Shown here piece after piece: positions 26,958 to 32,586 of a DNA stretch of 32,586 nt. The stretch comes from Pirellulales bacterium (lineage in GTDB: Bacteria > Planctomycetota > Planctomycetia > Pirellulales > UBA1268): positions 1 to 32,586 of the forward strand of contig JBILVW010000003.1 in assembly GCA_044370205.1 (NCBI GenBank). Reading direction: 5' to 3'. A model generated the notes under the pieces. The model did no database searches. It was not told where the DNA came from and saw nothing but the letters and a program-made list of their open reading frames with translations. How positions within the stretch are numbered: the stretch's first letter is position 1; the number at the start of each line of letters is the position of its first letter. A program made the translations under genes and the position numbers.

Positions 26958-27227
26958 ATGCGCCTGCACATGAATGCCGGAGACGTGCGTGATCTCGTCA
27001 GCCGTCACTTCCTCAATCTGGGAGTCGATACGGTCGAGGTCGATGATCTCCAGGAGAACATTCGCATCGACCGCGGTCGGTGCGTGGCCCGCTGTTACCG
27101 CGTGGCCGACATGTTCGCCATGTGGCTGATCGATGTCGGCGTGCTCCAGTTTTACGACGCCGACGGCGAGATGCTGCACAGCGTGAACCTGTTCACGGAG
27201 CTGCAGCCGCAGCGGGCCGCAGCCTGA
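26958..27227 (+). CDS. Small hypothetical protein (89 aa)
   Basis: AGGAGG RBS 9 nt before ATG 26958; beta-rich pattern (MFAMWLIDVGVLQFYDADG) ending RAAA. Confidence 0.75.
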   Translation: MRLHMNAGDVRDLVSRHFLNLGVDTVEVDDLQENIRIDRGRCVARCYRVADMFAMWLIDVGVLQFYDADGEMLHSVNLFTELQPQRAAA

Positions 27228-27267
27228 GTCGGCGGCATCAGCGGTCCAGAGTGAGGGGGATTTCAGC

Positions 27268-28272
27268 ATGCCCGGGCAGATGGTGCGCGCTCCTGCGCTC
27301 TCGATCGTGATTCCAACGGTCGCCGACACGGCGGCACTCGAAGAGACGCTCGTGAGCGTGCTGGAGAATCGGCCGGCCGAATGCGAGATCGTCGTGCCGC
27401 TGGCGTGCGACTACGACGACCCCTGGAATATTCGCGAGGAAGTGATGTTCGTCGAGGCGCCGCGGGGAGCCCGCCTCGTGGCGTGCACGAACCTCGGCAT
27501 CGCGTCGAGCCGCGGCGAAATCGTGCACGTGCTCGCGGCTGGCTGGCGGGCGACGCCGGGCTGGACCGATCGGCCGATGGAACGCTTCGCGATGGCCGAC
27601 ATCGCGGCGGTGGTGCCCGCGGTGGTCGCCGCCGATGATCCTGCGCGGGTTGTCGAGGTGGGCGTGCGGGCCGCGCGGGGAGGCCGACGGATTGCGGGAA
27701 CCGCGCCGCGGCAGGCCGATGCGGAGCTCGCCTCCGGCACGAGTCCTCTGCTGGAAGCGGGCTTCTGGCGGGCCGACGTGCTGCGCATGGCAGGCCCCGG
27801 CTTCTCCACTTCCTGTGGCGAGGCCTTCGCCGACGCCGACCTGGCCGTAGCGGTGGGCTGCCTGCCGATGCCGGTCATCTATGAGGCCGAGTCGCGGGTG
27901 ATCCGCGGGCCGATGCGGCGGCAGCCGCGGTCGTTCACGGCAGGGCTGCATGCGGAGCGGCTGTTCTGGCGGTCGTTGGGCAGCGAGTCGAGGGTCGGTG
28001 CGTGCGCGGCGGTCGCAGCCCATGCGTTCGAGATCATCCGGGATGCCGTCGTGCGGCTGCCGCTGGGCACGCTGCCGATGCTCGCGGGCCGCGGCGTCGC
28101 GCTCGTCGAATTTGGCAGCACGCTCCGACGTCAGCGGCAACTGCGACAGCTCCGCGAGTTGCCGGCCACCGACGAGCCCGGGCAGACGCTGCGGATCGAC
28201 GCCCCGCACGAGTCCCTCGCCCGCCCGCGGAGCCGCCCCGCTCCGGCCGCCCCGCTCAAGCGGTCGGCCTGA
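27268..28272 (+). CDS. Glycosyltransferase family 2-like protein, degenerate
   Basis: LSIVIPT...LEETLVSVL...EIVV, NLGIASSRGEIVHVL, DADLA; DxD motif absent. Confidence 0.7.
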   Translation: MPGQMVRAPALSIVIPTVADTAALEETLVSVLENRPAECEIVVPLACDYDDPWNIREEVMFVEAPRGARLVACTNLGIASSRGEIVHVLAAGWRATPGWTDRPMERFAMADIAAVVPAVVAADDPARVVEVGVRAARGGRRIAGTAPRQADAELASGTSPLLEAGFWRADVLRMAGPGFSTSCGEAFADADLAVAVGCLPMPVIYEAESRVIRGPMRRQPRSFTAGLHAERLFWRSLGSESRVGACAAVAAHAFEIIRDAVVRLPLGTLPMLAGRGVALVEFGSTLRRQRQLRQLRELPATDEPGQTLRIDAPHESLARPRSRPAPAAPLKRSA

Positions 28273-28299
28273 CCGCGAGCCACGGGCGGATCTCCGCAT

Positions 28300-28324
28300 G
28301 GAAGCCCCGGGCGGAAGCCCGGGG
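28300..28324 (+). repeat. REP-like perfect hairpin
   Basis: GGAAG-CCCCGGGC-GGAA-GCCCGGGG, 8-bp stem with GNRA loop and no U tract. Confidence 0.55.
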
Positions 28325-28400
28325 ATCGGCGTGCCATCACCCTGCGTGGTCGCTGCCTATTGCCCGCCGTCCGTGGCGTGTAGAATCCCTCGCGGTTCAC

Positions 28401-28474
<74 letters not shown>

Positions 28475-28530
28475 TTGATTTTCAGCGGTTTTCTGCACGT
28501 CCAGCGTTTTTTCGCGGGCGGTGTAAAGGG

Positions 28531-28570
28531 TTGATGGCTCCTGATGGCCGCTGACGGCTCCTGATGGAGC
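28531..28570 (+). repeat. Four imperfect tandem 10-bp repeats downstream of tRNA-Arg
   Basis: TTGATGGCTC CTGATGGCCG CTGACGGCTC CTGATGGAGC. Confidence 0.75.
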
Positions 28571-28764
28571 CGGAAATTGCGCTGCTTTTCCGGCGACGCC
28601 GGTGACAGCCGCCCAGTCCTCCGCCCGCACGGCGTGGTAATGCTTTCTCCGCAGCCGGGCGGTGTTGCCGATCCAGGCGTTGATTGCCTTCTCGGGTGAC
28701 CTGCCCCGTTAAACGAGGTCACTCCGGAAGCGAGAATCCTGGGTGTCGCCGTGCGGTCGACGCC

Positions 28765-29436
28765 CTACTTCCCGGCATCGGCCTTGCGGCCCAATACCTT
28801 CACGGCGGTGAAGTCGTTCATGTCGTCGAACGAGCCGATTCCGACACGGCCGCTGGTGAAGGTCTTATCGTTGGCCTCCATCAGCGGCGTCTCGAGGTCA
28901 TCGAAGAAGACGGCGATCCGCCCTGAGGCCACGTCGCGCATGAGTTTGACGGTGTGCCACTGGTCGTCCCACGGCACGGGCCGTGTGTTCTTGGTGAGCG
29001 GCCGGCGAGCCGCGCCGTCCACGATCATGATCTGGCCGCTGGCCGGGTCGGGCTTGGCCCCGAGGTGCACGTAGTAGAAGTGCTCGGGATCCCGCCAGTT
29101 GAAGAACACGCAGCAGTCACGGTGGCCGCCCGTGTCGCGCGTGCTCTTCACCTGGAACGTGATCACGGTGTCGGTGAGTTCGAGATCCTTGACGAGCGCC
29201 ACGTTGTGGGGGCTCCGGACCTTGGGCTGGTAGTTGCTGATCCGCGTGTTGAGTCCCCAGACGGCGCGATCGCCGTCCTTGCCCAGCGTCCAGGCAGCCG
29301 GATCGGTCGGCTCCCAGCGGTCGGCCCCGTGCGCGAAGGTTTCCTCGAAGACGAGCGGCAGGGCCTCGTCGGCTCGGGCGGGCAGCGCGACCGCAAGAGC
29401 CAGGAGGAGCGACAACAGCAAGAAGCGGGGTGTCAT
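28765..29436 (-). CDS. Secreted beta-sandwich protein (ConA-like/DUF1080-like)
   Basis: ATG 29436 with GGAG RBS; signal peptide ending ARA; FYYVHL, WHTVKL, TFTSGRVGIGSFDD. Confidence 0.8.
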   Translation of the reverse strand: MTPRFLLLSLLLALAVALPARADEALPLVFEETFAHGADRWEPTDPAAWTLGKDGDRAVWGLNTRISNYQPKVRSPHNVALVKDLELTDTVITFQVKSTRDTGGHRDCCVFFNWRDPEHFYYVHLGAKPDPASGQIMIVDGAARRPLTKNTRPVPWDDQWHTVKLMRDVASGRIAVFFDDLETPLMEANDKTFTSGRVGIGSFDDMNDFTAVKVLGRKADAGK

Positions 29437-29455
29437 CGCCACATCTCCGAAGCGT

Positions 29456-31645
29456 TTACTTCTCATCGATTCGCACCGCGTCGTCCTTTCGCGACAACGG
29501 CACGTCCTTGCCGTTCAGCAGGGCCTGCTTCACGGTCGCCGAACAGGCCACCACCACTTCCGTCGCGTCGGTCGCGGTCTCGATCCGCACGGTCTCGCCC
29601 TCCACGTGCGCGCCGAGCGACTCAACCGGCTTGCCGACGGCCACGAGCGGCTTGCCGGCCCGCTTCAGGCCGGAGCCCTTGCGGAGCACGGCATAGGTCA
29701 CCCTGCCCTCTTGATCCAGCTCGACATACGCGGTCTCGCCATCGAACGTGAACCCGCCGAACTCGACCGATGCGGGCGTATCCAGATACGACTGGAAGTA
29801 ATACCCGGTCCGGTCTTTCCCGATCGCGATCTTCAAGGCCGTGGCCTGCGTGGAGGTCAACGCCCCGTCCGATCCCGTGACCGCGAGTCGCTCCACCGAG
29901 ACTATCGTCTCGTCGCCCTCGGGGGTCGGATAGATCACCGTGTCGAACGTCGTGTCTCCCGTCATGGGCGACTTTTTGAACCACACGTATTTCGCCCGGC
30001 GGCCTTCCATCCAGCCGTCGCCGATGTTCGCCCGCACCTCGCCCGGGTCGGCGGGTACCAACTGCACGTTCCCCCCGACCGCGAACCGGGTCTGGATCCG
30101 CTGCTTCTCGGGGTCGATCATCGGCTCGGCGCCTTCTTCGGGGTGCCAAACCTGCTCGTAGGTATGCGCGGCGGTAGGCGTGGCATTGTCGGCCCGGATG
30201 AAGTCCGAGACGATCCAATAGGAGGGCCGCACGAACAGCACCCGGCGGTAGACCCGCTGTTTCCCGTAGACCTCGGTCCAGGCTTCGACGTGGTCGAACA
30301 CCCGATTGGCCGTCGCCGCGATTTCCGACTTCCCGACCCGCGCCTGGTTGCCGCCGTCGATCAGGATCGTGTTGTGGGCGACCGTGGTTCCGGCCGACCA
30401 GGCAGCGGCAGGGTTGCTCGAGTCGTAGCTGCCGCCGTTGCCCGGATCCACGAGGAGATATCGGCCGTAGCCGTAAATATCCAGATTCAGGTCGTCCCGA
30501 TGCGAGTGCCCGCCCCCTGCCCGGGCATTGATGAACGCGCCCAGCGCGTTGTCGTCGACCCAGCTTGTGCGCATGGTAAAAGTCTTGCCGACTGGATAGA
30601 GCTTGGAGTGATAGGGCGGCTCGGTCCCCTGCTCCCCCTTGCTGCCGAAGTAGATCAGGTGCGGGTTGTCGAGTGTCACGCCTGCAGCCAGCACGGAGTC
30701 CCGCACGTTGCCTCGGCTCCCGTCCCCCCAGTTGTACAACGTACCCGCCGGCGTGGTCAGGTTCATGTAGTACTCGGCCAGTTGCCCGTAGGGCTCTGCG
30801 CCCGGCAGGAGGACGCCGCGCACGTTCTTGACCAGGCCAATGCTTTCCTGCATGGCCAGCATCGTGCCGCGAATGTAGCCGGAGCACGCTTCGACATTGG
30901 AGCCGTCGGCAAAAAGCGTATTCCTCACGTTCGATGCCTGTCGTTCCATGTTGGTCTTCCACCAACCAGGCTGGCAAAGCTCAGGGAAATAGATGTTGTA
31001 GAGGAGCCATCCGAACTGGATGCTGCGGGCGGAGTTGCCGGCATTGCCGGGTTCGCGGCTCATGATGCGAGCGTGCTCGTAGAACACCTTCAGCAGGGAG
31101 GTCCACACCTCCGGCGTCGTGAACTCGCTCCCGAGCGCATGCAGCATCTGGGGTACGCGTACCAGGCGCCGCCCGGTATCGACCGTATAAAAATGGCTGG
31201 CCCGTTGCTTGGTGCAGAAATCCAGCGCGGTGAACATTGCGGTATAGGCGTATTGTTCGTTCGACGTTCGCGGATAATGGTCCGCGCCGCCGGAGAAGGC
31301 CGCCCGCGGGAACCAGTATTGCGCCTGCCGCTCCGCCCCGGGCGGGCGGAACCAATCGAAATCGATGTCCTTGTAGATGAACAGGGGGATGGTGTGGTTG
31401 CTCCAGGTCAGCATCTTCTCCCGCCCCTGCATGACCGAGGGGGATATCTTGCCGAACACGCCCAAGTTGACCTCTTTGCCCTCGCCCAGCGGCTTGGCAT
31501 ACAGATGCAAGGTCTGGGATTGGACCTTTTCTTCTCCCGAGGAAAGCGAGGCAGGCAGTTTGAAAGAGAGATACGCCCGCATGGTCTCGTCACTCACCGA
31601 ATCCGGGCCCTCCCGTAGTTCTTCCCCACGTATTCCCCGGACCAC
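29456..31645 (-). CDS. Heparinase II/III-family polysaccharide lyase, C-terminal fragment of a frameshifted gene
   Basis: DGSNVEACSGY, WGDG, HSHRDDLNLDIYGYGRYLLVDPG, AHNTILIDG, RRVLFV motifs; begins mid-domain (ETMRAYLSFKLP). Confidence 0.8.
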   Translation of the reverse strand: MVRGIRGEELREGPDSVSDETMRAYLSFKLPASLSSGEEKVQSQTLHLYAKPLGEGKEVNLGVFGKISPSVMQGREKMLTWSNHTIPLFIYKDIDFDWFRPPGAERQAQYWFPRAAFSGGADHYPRTSNEQYAYTAMFTALDFCTKQRASHFYTVDTGRRLVRVPQMLHALGSEFTTPEVWTSLLKVFYEHARIMSREPGNAGNSARSIQFGWLLYNIYFPELCQPGWWKTNMERQASNVRNTLFADGSNVEACSGYIRGTMLAMQESIGLVKNVRGVLLPGAEPYGQLAEYYMNLTTPAGTLYNWGDGSRGNVRDSVLAAGVTLDNPHLIYFGSKGEQGTEPPYHSKLYPVGKTFTMRTSWVDDNALGAFINARAGGGHSHRDDLNLDIYGYGRYLLVDPGNGGSYDSSNPAAAWSAGTTVAHNTILIDGGNQARVGKSEIAATANRVFDHVEAWTEVYGKQRVYRRVLFVRPSYWIVSDFIRADNATPTAAHTYEQVWHPEEGAEPMIDPEKQRIQTRFAVGGNVQLVPADPGEVRANIGDGWMEGRRAKYVWFKKSPMTGDTTFDTVIYPTPEGDETIVSVERLAVTGSDGALTSTQATALKIAIGKDRTGYYFQSYLDTPASVEFGGFTFDGETAYVELDQEGRVTYAVLRKGSGLKRAGKPLVAVGKPVESLGAHVEGETVRIETATDATEVVVACSATVKQALLNGKDVPLSRKDDAVRIDEK

Positions 31646-32586
31646 CGTCTATTCTTGATGTCGTACGTCCCGCCCCGGACAACCGTATCGCCCTCCGCCT
31701 CTAGGACATACTTGGTCTTGTCGGTGACGATCTCGAGCCTCGGCGCATAGCCCTTGTTTTCGCGGCTGCGGATACCCACCAAGCCGGCCCGTTCCCAGTC
31801 GGAAATGAGATAGACGCTCTCCACCTTGGTGCTCGGCAGCTCGACTGTGTACCACTGCCAATCCCCGCGGACAGTGAGGATGCCGCGGATGTCCGGGCCC
31901 CAAACCCCCCGGAGTATGGCCTCACCTGCAAGACTGCCCGCTGCATCGAGGGGCGCGACATCCGGCCGAGGCGGGGTTTCGCGGTTCCGATAGTATTGAA
32001 GAAGAGCCGTCTTGGCCGCGGCGTAGTCTCCCCGCTTCGCCGCCTCCAGCGTGGCGTTCAGGTTCGTGCTGAAGTCGTACTGCACCACCGGTGCCACTGC
32101 CCAGTTCCCTTTCGCCGTGTCCCAGCGGCCGAAAAACGCTTCGTCACTCACCCGGGACGGAAGTTTTTCCCCGCGATGGCCGTGGCTCAGGACCATCTGA
32201 AACTGGCCGAACAGCGGCCGCTCGGCGTTCGCCTCCTGGATTAGGGCCCGTGCGGCTGCCGGAAGCAACGCCCTGTCGTAGTTCGCAAACCGGCCCAGCG
32301 CCCGCTCGACGTCCGCGCGCTGCCCGGCCGCCACATGCTCCGGGCCGATCTTCCAGAGCGACCACACCGCCAGCCAGTGCATCGGCCCCTTGTCTGTTTC
32401 CGTCGCCAGCAGAACCTCGGCAATCACAGGCGCCGCCTGCGCGGCCGCGGATCGCATGTCGCCCAAGGAATAGAGAGCCGCCAGCCGGTCCGCCATCGGC
32501 TTGCTCGTATCGCGGACGAGATCGGTCATCTGCCGGATCGAAAACGTTCGTATCGTTACATCCGCCAGCACCTTCACCGGCTCCGC
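31594..32586 (-). CDS. N-terminal fragment of the same lyase gene (HEAT-like repeats, first half of a DNRLRE-like domain); 5' end beyond window
   Basis: Frame open to the window end; RLAALYSLG and LAVWSLWKIG helical repeats; DYAAAKTALLQYYRNR; APRLEI, DTVVRGG and KNYG motifs just before the stop. Confidence 0.7.
   Translation of the reverse strand, partial: AEPVKVLADVTIRTFSIRQMTDLVRDTSKPMADRLAALYSLGDMRSAAAQAAPVIAEVLLATETDKGPMHWLAVWSLWKIGPEHVAAGQRADVERALGRFANYDRALLPAAARALIQEANAERPLFGQFQMVLSHGHRGEKLPSRVSDEAFFGRWDTAKGNWAVAPVVQYDFSTNLNATLEAAKRGDYAAAKTALLQYYRNRETPPRPDVAPLDAAGSLAGEAILRGVWGPDIRGILTVRGDWQWYTVELPSTKVESVYLISDWERAGLVGIRSRENKGYAPRLEIVTDKTKYVLEAEGDTVVRGGTYDIKNRRWSGEYVGKNYGRARIR

Noticed and set aside
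28531-28570. Mini-CRISPR array
   Set aside because: 10-bp contiguous units without spacers.
29234-31618. 794-aa plus-strand ORF
   Set aside because: Antisense to the heparinase-like gene.
31610-31640. Programmed -1 ribosomal frameshift at the lyase junction
   Set aside because: G GGG AAG is not a canonical X XXY YYZ slippery site, and residues appear to be missing, which favours a deletion or error.

Overview
High-GC bacterial chromosomal segment, most likely from a planctomycete (inferred from the MRLTLRTLLA-type membrane protein, secreted LRR protein, Tat-exported Gfo/Idh/MocA oxidoreductase, HEAT proteins and hpf-PTS-rne-rplU order). At the left end is a tightly packed minus-strand operon: PspA/IM30 (ESCRT-III superfamily) protein, tandem inactive/active AAA+ ATPase, small helical protein, membrane-anchored SBP-OmpA fusion and an ABC permease cut by the window edge. 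This is the best candidate for an uncharacterised membrane-remodelling or uptake system. The middle is mostly housekeeping: tRNA-His, dtd, rarA, a TolC-like protein, an OsmC-like protein, a UbiD decarboxylase, rplU, RNase E/G, PTS EI/HPr/EIIA, hpf, an AroE-like protein and a lipoate ligase. It also holds a perfect 27-bp inverted-repeat element and a dispersed REP-like palindrome family. At the right end are tRNA-Arg(CCG), short tandem repeats resembling an integration scar, and an apparently accessory glycan-degradation locus whose heparinase II/III-type gene is frameshifted. No CRISPR array, rRNA, transposase or integrase was seen. All family calls come from motif reading, not database searches.
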